Origin: a virus
Reading direction: 5' to 3' (one strand)
IMG/VR virus record: IMGVR_UViG_3300020419_001305
Span: 1-64,000 of that record
DNA: 64,000 bases
The translations under genes were made by a program, and so were the position numbers. The notes beneath the pieces were generated by a model. That model worked only from the letters and a program-made list of their open reading frames with translations, searched no databases and was not told the DNA's origin. Shown here in pieces: positions 9,602-18,573 of the stretch. Positions within the stretch are counted from its first letter, which is position 1. Each line of letters opens with the position of its first letter.

Positions 9602-10051
9602 ATGACAATGCATTTACAAAGAGGACTTACGACTCTTAATACAAAAAAACGTAAGGCATCTAAAAGAAAGCCAGACAGTTATTATATGGATGGCTGGCGT
9701 AAACAAAATAAATTTTACAAACAAAAAAATCTTCCTACAATGTCATTAGAAGAATATATTGATTATATTCATGGGGTGTACAAGCCTAAGGTAGAACCAC
9801 GTGCGGTTTCAGTTCCTTGGCATCATACAGATTCTAATTACAGAAGAGATACATCAGACGTTCCTAGCCATAGTTCAGGACACGGAATAGGTACTGCTAC
9901 TAAAAAGCCAGCAATGGAATATACTGGTGAACGAAGACTAGTTGGCATTGCTATGATGCACAAAAGTAATTTGGTTCCAGTATTTGCTGATGACGATGAT
10001 AAAAATGGATCAAAACAAGCAACAGAGATAGCACAGATGAGGAGAAACTAA
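9602..10051 (+). CDS. hypothetical protein of a type common in T4-like phages
   Basis: YTG...GIAMMHKSNLVPVF motif. Confidence 0.7.
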   Translation: MTMHLQRGLTTLNTKKRKASKRKPDSYYMDGWRKQNKFYKQKNLPTMSLEEYIDYIHGVYKPKVEPRAVSVPWHHTDSNYRRDTSDVPSHSSGHGIGTATKKPAMEYTGERRLVGIAMMHKSNLVPVFADDDDKNGSKQATEIAQMRRN

Positions 10052-10092
10052 TGTTGGAGTATTGCAATTCTATTAGAGTATTTAAATATTAT

Positions 10093-10671
10093 ATGAAACT
10101 AATATCTAAATTCTTACTTACATTAAGTTTAATCTTTGTAACCATTCCTATGTCATTTGCTTCTGCTATTACATTACAGAACGCAGTTGAGGGAGAGCTT
10201 TATTCTAACTCATCTCATCCTGAATTATACTGTATGGCTATGAATATTTACTTTGAAGCTAAATCAGAACCAAAGGCAGGCCAATATGCCGTTGCTGATG
10301 TTACTTTAAATCGTGTAAATGACAGTAGATATCCTAATTCTATCTGTGAAGTGGTATTACAAGGACCTACTCGTGAAAGTTGGAAAACACGAAAAGACGA
10401 AACACTGACTAACGAAGAAAGGAAGTTTTACCCTGTGAAACATAGATGCCAATTTTCTTGGTACTGTGACGGTAAAGCTGATACTGTAAAGGACGGTGAT
10501 GCTTGGCGTAAAGCCCAAGAGTATGCTTATCGGATTGTAGTAGAAGGAAAATACAGAGGTATTACTGAAGGTTCAACTCACTACCACGCCACTTATGTAA
10601 GTCCTAAGTGGGCACCGCAACTGGATTTGGTAGGAAGAGTAGGAAGGCATATATTTTATAGATGGCCATAA
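10093..10671 (+). CDS. cell wall hydrolase, SleB/Hydrolase_2 family
   Basis: signal peptide; CMAMNIYFEAK, RVNDSRYPNSICEVV, CQFSW, THYHA, HIFY; start may be 10051. Confidence 0.9.
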   Translation: MKLISKFLLTLSLIFVTIPMSFASAITLQNAVEGELYSNSSHPELYCMAMNIYFEAKSEPKAGQYAVADVTLNRVNDSRYPNSICEVVLQGPTRESWKTRKDETLTNEERKFYPVKHRCQFSWYCDGKADTVKDGDAWRKAQEYAYRIVVEGKYRGITEGSTHYHATYVSPKWAPQLDLVGRVGRHIFYRWP

Positions 10672-11345
10672 AACTTTGGAAAAAGATTCCTCAACGAATT
10701 AGATCAATATTTTTATTAACCTGCTTTTGGTTTTTTAGTGTCACCGTGGCTTACATGGTTGGCACTTCACAGCCTAATAAATGGGTTGTTGCTGAAATCA
10801 CAAAAACAGTACAAAACAAAGTTCAATCAGAATGGAAAGAATACGGATTCTTTGAACCTGAGATGAGTTATAATAGCAACATAACTTTTATTAAAGCAGT
10901 AACAAAATGTATCGACTACGTAAACTTAACTACGCCGGTTGAACAACGTGTACCAAGAGAAATAATTGTCGCTATGGCTGTGATTGAAACAGGATATGGT
11001 ACAAGTAGATTTGCTATCAAAGGTAACAATCTATTTGGTATAAGAACGTGGAGCAAAGATGTTGCCCAACTGAAACCAAAAGACAATCCCGACGTGGAAT
11101 GGGGAGTGAAACAATACATAACCAAATGCCAATCTGTAAAAGATATGGTTTCTATTATAAACAGATTACCTGTATATGCGGATTTTAGGGATCTAAGAGA
11201 GCAACAATTAAACACAGGTGACAAAGATATCATTGCTCTAGTGCCTCTTTTAAGTGAATGGAGCACCAATCCAAACTACACAAATCTAATAATTTCAAAG
11301 ATTAACAAGGTTCAAAACATTTTGGCAAAAAAAGTTTCCAAATAG
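10662..11345 (+). CDS. GH73-like glucosaminidase (Bax-like) with membrane anchor
   Basis: AMAVIETGYGTSRFA..GNNLFGI; WSTNPNY. Confidence 0.85.
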   Translation: MAIKLWKKIPQRIRSIFLLTCFWFFSVTVAYMVGTSQPNKWVVAEITKTVQNKVQSEWKEYGFFEPEMSYNSNITFIKAVTKCIDYVNLTTPVEQRVPREIIVAMAVIETGYGTSRFAIKGNNLFGIRTWSKDVAQLKPKDNPDVEWGVKQYITKCQSVKDMVSIINRLPVYADFRDLREQQLNTGDKDIIALVPLLSEWSTNPNYTNLIISKINKVQNILAKKVSK

Positions 11346-11347
11346 TC

Positions 11348-11376
11348 TTGACTTTTGCACTTTATTATCGTATAAT
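11348..11376 (+). promoter_or_regulatory. sigma70-like early promoter
   Basis: TTGACT-17 nt-TATAAT. Confidence 0.7.
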
Positions 11377-11428
11377 GTAATTAATAATGTAACTCGTTCA
11401 CAACGAACGTAATGAAATGGAGGCTTTT

Positions 11429-11941
11429 ATGAAAGGCATTTTAAAATTAGGCGCATTAGTAACAGTAGTAGGTATGCTTCAAGCATGTTCAGGTATGGTT
11501 ACAATCGCTGAACGTGAAGACTATGCTCAACCGAAATGGTACGCCAACTGTGTTGAGAGTGGAACCACTGGCTGGTTCTGGTGGAAAGAAGAATATGCTT
11601 ATGCCTGTGGAGCAGGTGTTAGTGTTTTCGCACAAGCGGCTGAAGAGCAAATGTATGCTATCGCAATGAATAACTTTGCTAAAAGAATTAACAGTGAAGT
11701 AAACTCTAATACAAATCTAAAATTTATCGATAACAACGGAAAAGAATCTAGAGCAACAAGCACTACGATTTCTTATGTAGTTAAAGATACAACTATTAGA
11801 GAGCATATCGCTAAAGAAACAGGTACTTTTAAATACCAAGGTAAGATGTTTACCTTTGTAAAACTGAGGATGCCAAAGAACGTTTTTGACGAACTCATCC
11901 AGGAGGCAAAAAGTGCGAAAGTTTCCGTGGCAACTAATTAA
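11429..11941 (+). CDS. lipoprotein (LPP20-like)
   Basis: lipobox LQAC; P.W motif; GGAGG RBS. Confidence 0.7.
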   Translation: MKGILKLGALVTVVGMLQACSGMVTIAEREDYAQPKWYANCVESGTTGWFWWKEEYAYACGAGVSVFAQAAEEQMYAIAMNNFAKRINSEVNSNTNLKFIDNNGKESRATSTTISYVVKDTTIREHIAKETGTFKYQGKMFTFVKLRMPKNVFDELIQEAKSAKVSVATN

Positions 11942-12266
11942 TCCGGTAATTATCGCGGGAGCAGTCATGGCTTTGAGTGCCTGCTCTTCGCACAATAAAC
12001 CTGTCATGTCACAGTTTCAGCCACAGTACTGTCATCAGACTACAACCATTAACACAAATAATGGACAGACTGTAAACAGTAAAGGCTTAACAGAATGTAC
12101 AGACAATCCAAAGAATAAACACTTCTTAGCTTACAGTGGTATTGCTAAGACATGTAGGGAGCATTTTTATGAAATTTGGCTTAACGGAAAGGCAGTTAAA
12201 CAACGTGGCTTTGTGTGTCAAAAACTCGACGGTAGTTGGGAAATCGTTAATCATCCTTATAACTAG
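11913..12266 (+). CDS. lipoprotein
   Basis: lipobox LSAC; C-terminal CRE...G..C..DGSW typical of 17-kDa-antigen-like domains; GTG after AGGAGG. Confidence 0.65.
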   Translation: MRKFPWQLINPVIIAGAVMALSACSSHNKPVMSQFQPQYCHQTTTINTNNGQTVNSKGLTECTDNPKNKHFLAYSGIAKTCREHFYEIWLNGKAVKQRGFVCQKLDGSWEIVNHPYN

Positions 12267-12669
12267 TTTGTTTTTAACGGCTTGTGGTGCTACATCGCAA
12301 CAGTTTAGTACAACTAGTGTAAGCACAGGAGCAAGTACGGCTCAATACTATCATTCTAAAAATAGTATGTTGGGTCTTGGATTAAATTACTTTAAATGGA
12401 CCTATCATATGATGGAACCGTATGATAGGGAACAACAACAACATGCGATATTTTTCGCACTTAATAATCTACAAAACGGACAAACGACACGTTGGTACAA
12501 TGGAAATACTGGGGCTAAAGGCGCCGTACAGGTAGCTATGACATATCCACAAGGAAGTGGTTACTGTAGGGTCCTAATGAGTCAAATCTATTACAAGAAC
12601 AAGCAAAGAGACTTCAAAGAGACTGCTTGTATTAACAGTATTGATAACACCTGGCGTTTCGTCCGATAA
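12136..12669 (+). CDS. lipoprotein, RT0821/Lpp0805 (17 kDa antigen-like) family
   Basis: lipobox LTAC; W.N..TG..G, YCR, AC...W; start uncertain. Confidence 0.7.
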   Translation: MVLLRHVGSIFMKFGLTERQLNNVALCVKNSTVVGKSLIILITSLFLTACGATSQQFSTTSVSTGASTAQYYHSKNSMLGLGLNYFKWTYHMMEPYDREQQQHAIFFALNNLQNGQTTRWYNGNTGAKGAVQVAMTYPQGSGYCRVLMSQIYYKNKQRDFKETACINSIDNTWRFVR

Positions 12670-12693
12670 ATATTTAATTAGTAAAGGACGATT

Positions 12694-14718
12694 ATGGCAT
12701 TAGGTATATTAGTATTATTATCTGCTTTAAGTATTTCAGCAGTAGCAATTTATTATAGTATAGCAGGTCTCGTAGCAATATTTGCCGCGGCCGCGATTCC
12801 CATTATGGTAATGGGAACTGTACTAGAAGTAGGAAAACTTGTAACCGCAGTTTGGTTACACAAATATTGGGGTAAGGCCGTATGGTGGCTGAAAACTTAT
12901 TTAAGTGTGGCCGTGGTCGTCCTTATGTTTATCACAAGTATGGGTATCTTCGGATATCTTTCCAAAGCACACATTGAACAAACATCTGCTAGTATAGAAT
13001 CTACAGAAAAGATTAATCAGATCGACACAGAGATTGCCCGTTACACAAACATTGTAACAAGATCTGAAACTAAAATAGATAAGGCAGAAAATGCTGGTGC
13101 TAATAAAAATGACACTATCCAAGATCAGATAGATAGAGAACAAAAACGTATTGATACAGCCTATACAAGAATACAGCCTCTTGTAGATAAGCAAGAGCTG
13201 ATAATAGAAAAGGAAATGGATAGGAAAGATAATAAAATTAAGCCTTATCTTGCCCAGGTATCTAGCATAGATGCTGACTTAGAAACACTTACAAACTTAT
13301 TAAACAGACGTGACAATGAAAGTATTAGACGTTTACAAAGTATAGTAGGAACACGTATTGACGGTACCTACGGTAGTAGAACTGCTAAACAAGTAGAAAA
13401 CTATAGAGATGGACTATTAGCAAAACGTGAAAGTATATTAGAAACTATATTACAAATAGAAGATAAAGAATCATCCTTAGTAATTGCGGCTAATGAAGAG
13501 ATAAAACGACTTAGAGCAATAGCAGAACAGGAAATAGCAGATTCAAATAAAGTAATTAATAAACTCAGATCAGAAATCGGCACAGTTGTAACTGATAACA
13601 GTACTGAATTAGTCCAAGGCGAATTGTTAAAGATCAAAAATGCTAATAATGAAATAGAATTACTAACTGAAGAGAAGTACAAGCTAGAAGCAGAGTATAG
13701 AAAATTAGAAGCTGAAGTAGGTCCTATCAAATACATTGCTGAATTCGTTTACGGTGAAGAAGCAGATAGAGACTTGCTTGAAGAAGCAGTACGATGGGTA
13801 ATTATTTTAATTATATTTGTATTTGACCCATTGGCTGTCTTACTATTAATAGCTAGTCAGTATACCTTTGACTTTGCTAACCCTAAACGCAGGGGGTTGG
13901 CCTGGCGTGAATATGAACAAGCTAGGGCTAAAAAAATTATGGAGAACATAGATGATAAATCAGATACTGACAATACAATTACAGAACCTGAAGATGATGG
14001 ACAAGATCCTAGGGACGAAAAGCGAGACGACCTACAAGAAATTAATGTGGGAAGTGATGAACGAGATAGAGAGACCACTGATGAGCCAAGTGTTCAGCCA
14101 GGGGAGACAGTGGAGGAAACTAAAGAACAGGTTTCTGACAATAAATTAGATAACACTGAAGAGTGGCAAGAGCTTTACGATGATGTCGAAAAAAAAGATT
14201 CCGAGTCATCGGAAGAGTCAAAAACCGATTTAGATAGTTGGAACGAATGGGTAGAGGCCGCAAATAAAGAAGCAGAAAAAGAAGTAGAAAAAGAACCAGA
14301 AGTTATAACAGGTATCGGGGCAGTTAAAGGTACTTTCAAACAAGCAGAAGTAGAAAAACAAAAACAAGAAGAAGTAAAAGATTTAGGTGAAGATATTACT
14401 CCCGAACAGATATCTGAAAGATCTTCTCTTGTACAAAAGTATGATCAAGATAGTGTATGGTCTGAAGCGAAAAGAGTATGGAAATCTAAGCATCCAGATC
14501 AAAATATAAAAGATTGGAAACATGCTTATATTTCAGGCAGGATACATGAACTACCATGGCAACAATACTTAGACTATAAAGATCAAGAAGTACAAAAAGC
14601 ACTTGAAAGTCGTATTAAACCAGATCTCACAGAAGTTATTAATCCAGATGGGTACGAACAAAATGCTGAACAAAGTGAAAAGTCAGTATGGAACAAGATA
14701 CGTGACAAGGACAAATAA
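12694..14718 (+). CDS. large membrane protein: 3 TM, coiled coil, TM, acidic tail
   Basis: N-terminal TMs with TSMGIFGYLSKAH; coiled coil; FVFDPLAV TM. Confidence 0.8.
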   Translation: MALGILVLLSALSISAVAIYYSIAGLVAIFAAAAIPIMVMGTVLEVGKLVTAVWLHKYWGKAVWWLKTYLSVAVVVLMFITSMGIFGYLSKAHIEQTSASIESTEKINQIDTEIARYTNIVTRSETKIDKAENAGANKNDTIQDQIDREQKRIDTAYTRIQPLVDKQELIIEKEMDRKDNKIKPYLAQVSSIDADLETLTNLLNRRDNESIRRLQSIVGTRIDGTYGSRTAKQVENYRDGLLAKRESILETILQIEDKESSLVIAANEEIKRLRAIAEQEIADSNKVINKLRSEIGTVVTDNSTELVQGELLKIKNANNEIELLTEEKYKLEAEYRKLEAEVGPIKYIAEFVYGEEADRDLLEEAVRWVIILIIFVFDPLAVLLLIASQYTFDFANPKRRGLAWREYEQARAKKIMENIDDKSDTDNTITEPEDDGQDPRDEKRDDLQEINVGSDERDRETTDEPSVQPGETVEETKEQVSDNKLDNTEEWQELYDDVEKKDSESSEESKTDLDSWNEWVEAANKEAEKEVEKEPEVITGIGAVKGTFKQAEVEKQKQEEVKDLGEDITPEQISERSSLVQKYDQDSVWSEAKRVWKSKHPDQNIKDWKHAYISGRIHELPWQQYLDYKDQEVQKALESRIKPDLTEVINPDGYEQNAEQSEKSVWNKIRDKDK

Positions 14719-14726
14719 GTATTAGG

Positions 14727-15116
14727 ATGACTGATACTCTTATTAATTTAATTACATACCCTGACAAACTTTTTAATGATAACAAAAGTATAATTTTGGT
14801 TAATCCAAGTGATATGCTAAAAGAGCATTTCAATTTATTAGCCAAAGATTTAAAAAGTCCAATTAACGTATATCTTTATGAAAACAACGAAACTGAGATA
14901 GAATGGCTTCTAGATGTTTGCCAAAATGTAGATAATATTATACTAGATATTGATAATACCAAAATACAACAGTGGGTAATTGGTTACATACTTAATTTTA
15001 GCAAAACTTTTTACTTGACAAACCAGGTGGGTATGCCTTATAATATAATTAATTCAAATAGAATATATGAGTTCAAACAATTTATGGAAGGAGTAAATTA
15101 TTTTGAGGTACAATAA
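14727..15116 (+). CDS. hypothetical protein
   Basis: 129-aa ORF after a TAAGTA motif. Confidence 0.6.
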   Translation: MTDTLINLITYPDKLFNDNKSIILVNPSDMLKEHFNLLAKDLKSPINVYLYENNETEIEWLLDVCQNVDNIILDIDNTKIQQWVIGYILNFSKTFYLTNQVGMPYNIINSNRIYEFKQFMEGVNYFEVQ

Positions 15117-15369
15117 ATTTAATCGAAGGCACGACAAGAATAAAGAAAAAGAAATTGGAAGTGGCATCTACGTAGAAGTTAGAGGTGGCGATGCTACAAA
15201 AGCAATTAGGATTTTCAAGAAGAAAGTTCAAGACGCAGGGATTATACAAGAGTATAGAGAAAGACAATACTATGTCAAGCCAAGCGAAAAGAAAAGAAAA
15301 GCCAAACAAGCAGGTAGAAAACGTTGGCTTAAGAAACAAGAAAAAAATTTAGTAGATAGAGGTTTCTAA
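15103..15369 (+). CDS. rpsU: 30S ribosomal protein bS21
   Basis: VEVR..D..KAIR.FKKKV...GI..E.RERQYY.KPSEKKR. Confidence 0.9.
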   Translation: MRYNKFNRRHDKNKEKEIGSGIYVEVRGGDATKAIRIFKKKVQDAGIIQEYRERQYYVKPSEKKRKAKQAGRKRWLKKQEKNLVDRGF

Positions 15370-15945
15370 ATGCCCCTAAAGGCTGAAGCATGGTTTCCTA
15401 GTCTAATCTGGTCTGGGTTGCTAGACAACACACACAACGATAAAATTAAAGATTTTGCTTATGAAAGAAAAAAGCAAGATAAAGGTGTAGAACTATCTAA
15501 TTATATAGGGTGGCAAAGCACGTCAATTAGACAAGGTGACGATGACACATTTGATAGACTTGTTGAATCTATAACTTCTAACATAGAAGATTGTAGAAAT
15601 TTAGTTGAACTTCCTGAATTACAACTTTACAATATTTGGATTAATATTAATACTCCTGGAGCATATAACGCCTTACATAATCATCCAGGAAGTGTTTTAA
15701 GCGGTGTTTACTATGTAGAAAGCACAGAAGAGCAGGGTAACATATTCTTTGAAAGAGGCGATAATGCTGAATATTTTTTACCACCTGTACAACAAACTAA
15801 TTATTTTAACGGAACTGCTACATCCTATAAAGCTATATCAGGTGCTATGTATGTATTTCCTAGTTGGTTAAAACATAGTGTACAACCTAATAAAACAGAT
15901 AAAGATAGAATATCAATATCATTTAACTACGGAGTGAAGAAATGA
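15370..15945 (+). CDS. putative 2OG-Fe(II) oxygenase
   Basis: WININ, HNHP..LSGVYY, FPSWLKHSV, RISISFN. Confidence 0.85.
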   Translation: MPLKAEAWFPSLIWSGLLDNTHNDKIKDFAYERKKQDKGVELSNYIGWQSTSIRQGDDDTFDRLVESITSNIEDCRNLVELPELQLYNIWININTPGAYNALHNHPGSVLSGVYYVESTEEQGNIFFERGDNAEYFLPPVQQTNYFNGTATSYKAISGAMYVFPSWLKHSVQPNKTDKDRISISFNYGVKK

Positions 15946-16991
15946 GAATCGAACAGGATATTAAACTAGACTACCAAGATGTGCTTTTTAAGCCTAAAAG
16001 ATCTACTTTAACATCTAGGAAAGATGTAGACCTAACAAGAACATTCAAATTTTATAATAGTGGCAAAGAATGGACTGGTGTTCCTATCATGTCAAGTAAC
16101 ATGGATGGTGTAGGAACATTTTCTATGGCAAAGATTTTACAAGAAAAGAAAATGATCACTGTGTTAAGAAAACATTATACATTAGATGATTGGAAAACTG
16201 CTATAGGTGATGGAGTGAAAATGAAGTACCTAGCTGTCTGTACAGGTACAGGAGTAATATGGGATAAAGATGCTTTGGATTATAACACTATGAAACAAGT
16301 GTTGGAAAAATATCCAGACATCCCTTTTATTTGTGTAGATGTAGCAAACGGTTATCACGAGAACTACGGTGACTTCATTGAAAAACTAAGGTACGAATAT
16401 CAGGATAAAACTATCATAGCAGGTAATGTTATTACTGGGGAAATGACTGAAGAATTAATCTTAAGAGGAGCCGACGTAGTTAAGTGTGGAATTGGTCCTG
16501 GATCAGTATGTACTACACGATTAATGACAGGTGTTGGAGTTCCGCAACTATCAGGCATCATTGAATGTGCTGATGCGGCCAATGGCGTTGGAGGACACAT
16601 TATTGCTGACGGAGGTTGTGTACATCCAGGAGATGTTGCTAAAGCCTTTGGAGCAGGTGCTCACTTTGTAATGCTTGGCGGTATGTTAGCAGGACACGAT
16701 GAGAGCGAAGGTGAAGTAATTAATGGCAAAGTACAATTTTACGGAATGAGTTCAAATGCGGCTATGACGAAGCATGGTTCACGTAAAGATGGTTACCGTG
16801 GAGCAGAAGGCAAGGTGGTTGAACTTCCTTATAAAGGTGCGGTAAACGACACAGTAACAGAAATATTAGGCGGTGTACGTTCCGCGGCTACATATATTGG
16901 TGCTAAACGTATTAAAGACATGCCAAAATGTACTACCTTTGTACGTGTCAATAATGTAGTAAACAAGGTTTATACTCCGTTTGAAGCATAA
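15942..16991 (+). CDS. guaC: GMP reductase
   Basis: PKRSTL.SR, DVANGY, GIGPGSVCTTR, YRGAEGK. Confidence 0.95.
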   Translation: MRIEQDIKLDYQDVLFKPKRSTLTSRKDVDLTRTFKFYNSGKEWTGVPIMSSNMDGVGTFSMAKILQEKKMITVLRKHYTLDDWKTAIGDGVKMKYLAVCTGTGVIWDKDALDYNTMKQVLEKYPDIPFICVDVANGYHENYGDFIEKLRYEYQDKTIIAGNVITGEMTEELILRGADVVKCGIGPGSVCTTRLMTGVGVPQLSGIIECADAANGVGGHIIADGGCVHPGDVAKAFGAGAHFVMLGGMLAGHDESEGEVINGKVQFYGMSSNAAMTKHGSRKDGYRGAEGKVVELPYKGAVNDTVTEILGGVRSAATYIGAKRIKDMPKCTTFVRVNNVVNKVYTPFEA

Positions 16992-17062
16992 AATGGTAAA
17001 AAAATCACTTGACTTTTAGCCGTATTATGCTTATATTAATACTAGTATGATAAATACTATTG

Positions 17063-17146
17063 TTGAAGATATGCCAGGGTTGGGTATTTTTAACAAGGGC
17101 ACGAGCCCAAATAACGTTAACTTGCTTATATAAGGAGAAAACAATG
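17063..17146 (+). promoter_or_regulatory. ROSE-like RNA thermometer in the hsp20 5' UTR
   Basis: two upstream hairpins, then CTTGCTT-ATAT-AAGGAG pairing the SD with a bulged G (UUGCU/AGGA ROSE signature). Confidence 0.7.
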
Positions 17147-17584
17147 ACAAGAGTAACTACACTAAACCTACCCACTTTTCACAGATCAATGATTGGATTC
17201 GATAGTTTGTTCGATGAAATGGACAGAATGTTCGAAAACAGTACAACTTCATCTGGTGGATATCCCCCATACAATATAGCTAAGATCAACGAAGATGAGT
17301 TTATGATCTCAATCGCAGTTGCTGGCTTTGGTATGGATAACCTTAAGATTGAAAAGGACAAAAATGTGCTTACAATCGAAGGTACACAGCCGAAAGGTAC
17401 TGAAGAAGTGAACTACGTTCACAGAGGTATTGCTGGACGTAATTTCAGCAGACAGTTTACATTAGCAGAACATGTTGATGTAACATCAGCAAAACTAGAA
17501 AAAGGTATGCTAAACATACATTTGACTAGAGAAGTACCAGAAGCACTGAAACCTAAAACAATTGATATTGTAGAGGCAGAGTAA
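17144..17584 (+). CDS. small heat shock protein (Hsp20/IbpA family)
   Basis: IGFD.LF, YPPYNI, AVAGF, HRGIA.R.F; start reassigned to the ATG after AAGGAG. Confidence 0.95.
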   Translation: MTRVTTLNLPTFHRSMIGFDSLFDEMDRMFENSTTSSGGYPPYNIAKINEDEFMISIAVAGFGMDNLKIEKDKNVLTIEGTQPKGTEEVNYVHRGIAGRNFSRQFTLAEHVDVTSAKLEKGMLNIHLTREVPEALKPKTIDIVEAE

Positions 17585-17593
17585 CTGAGGTAA

Positions 17594-17617
17594 GTTTAGG
17601 GGGGAAACCCCCTAAAC
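17594..17617 (+). terminator. strong hairpin (terminator or processing/stability element)
   Basis: GTTTAGGGGG-GAAA-CCCCCTAAAC perfect 10-bp stem; no U-tract. Confidence 0.5.
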
Positions 17618-17631
17618 AGACAGGATTTATT

Positions 17632-17946
17632 ATGACTGAGATTATTTTAGAAAAAGAAATAAACGTAAAAGAGCAGATTGAAGAAGTTACTAAAGAACCT
17701 TCAAAATACAAGGTTATATTTATGAACGACAACGAAACTCCTATGGACTTTGTTGTTGCTCTATTGACAGAAGTATTCAAGCATTCAGAAAAGACAGCCC
17801 AAGAACTTACCATGAAAATACATGCTGAAGGACAGGCAATAGTTGGTATATATTCATTTGAAATAGCAGAGCAAAAGGCAGTTGAAGCCACTAAATTATC
17901 ACGTGAAAATGGGTACCCACTACAGATAGCAATAGACAAAGAATAG
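17632..17946 (+). CDS. clpS: N-end rule adaptor ClpS
   Basis: YKVIFMNDNETPMDFVV, IHAEG, EIAEQK, GYPL. Confidence 0.93.
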   Translation: MTEIILEKEINVKEQIEEVTKEPSKYKVIFMNDNETPMDFVVALLTEVFKHSEKTAQELTMKIHAEGQAIVGIYSFEIAEQKAVEATKLSRENGYPLQIAIDKE

Positions 17947-17990
17947 CATAAATACTTTGTTGAATGATAATTTATTACAAGGAGTAAAGC

Positions 17991-18572
17991 ATGAGTTTAG
18001 AATCTTTAACACAAGCGTCACATCAGAACGCTGACAGAACGGAATTTGCTCGAGAGAAGATGGCCGGTAATTTGACTGAAGAAAAGTATAAAACTTTTTT
18101 ATGGAATACTTACTTGGTATATGATATCTTAGAAGATGTAGCATCTAGCATGGGAGCATTTGCGCCTATGGATCCTTCTATGCCAGCTGATGATTTACCG
18201 CTTGATGGATTAAAACAAGCAGATGATATCCTAGCTGATTTTGTTGAGCTAGGTGGTAACCCAGATAGTCCTCCTACAGAAGTACAAGCAACTGAGGATT
18301 ATAGAAATCATATCGTGAAGAACATACAACATGATAAGCAAAAGTTAATTGCTCATCTGTATGTGAATCATATGGCAGATTTAACTGACGGACCAACATT
18401 AGTAAAAAAAGTACCAGGTTCAGGAAAAATGTACAAGTTTGAAGAAATGAATCACTCTATAGAAGAGATGAAGGAACTTCTTTCAAGACGTGTTTCTGAA
18501 GGTGATGCTATAGAAGCTAACATTGGTTTCGGATTCAGAACACAACAGTACGAACAGTTAAACGCACTATAA
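17991..18572 (+). CDS. heme oxygenase-like protein with a divergent distal helix
   Basis: proximal T..SH..A motif, AHLYV, PGSGKMY.F; adjacent to pcyX. Confidence 0.8.
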   Translation: MSLESLTQASHQNADRTEFAREKMAGNLTEEKYKTFLWNTYLVYDILEDVASSMGAFAPMDPSMPADDLPLDGLKQADDILADFVELGGNPDSPPTEVQATEDYRNHIVKNIQHDKQKLIAHLYVNHMADLTDGPTLVKKVPGSGKMYKFEEMNHSIEEMKELLSRRVSEGDAIEANIGFGFRTQQYEQLNAL

Positions 18573-18573
18573 A

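Noticed and set aside
14188-14215. A8 run followed by hairpin TTCCGA-GTCA-TCGGAA as a possible programmed frameshift
   Set aside because: The hairpin is only about 2 nt from the run, both shifted frames stop within about 14 codons, and frame 0 stays open
17060-17143. 28-codon N-terminal extension of Hsp20
   Set aside because: The region is a structured 5' UTR; the SD points to ATG 17144
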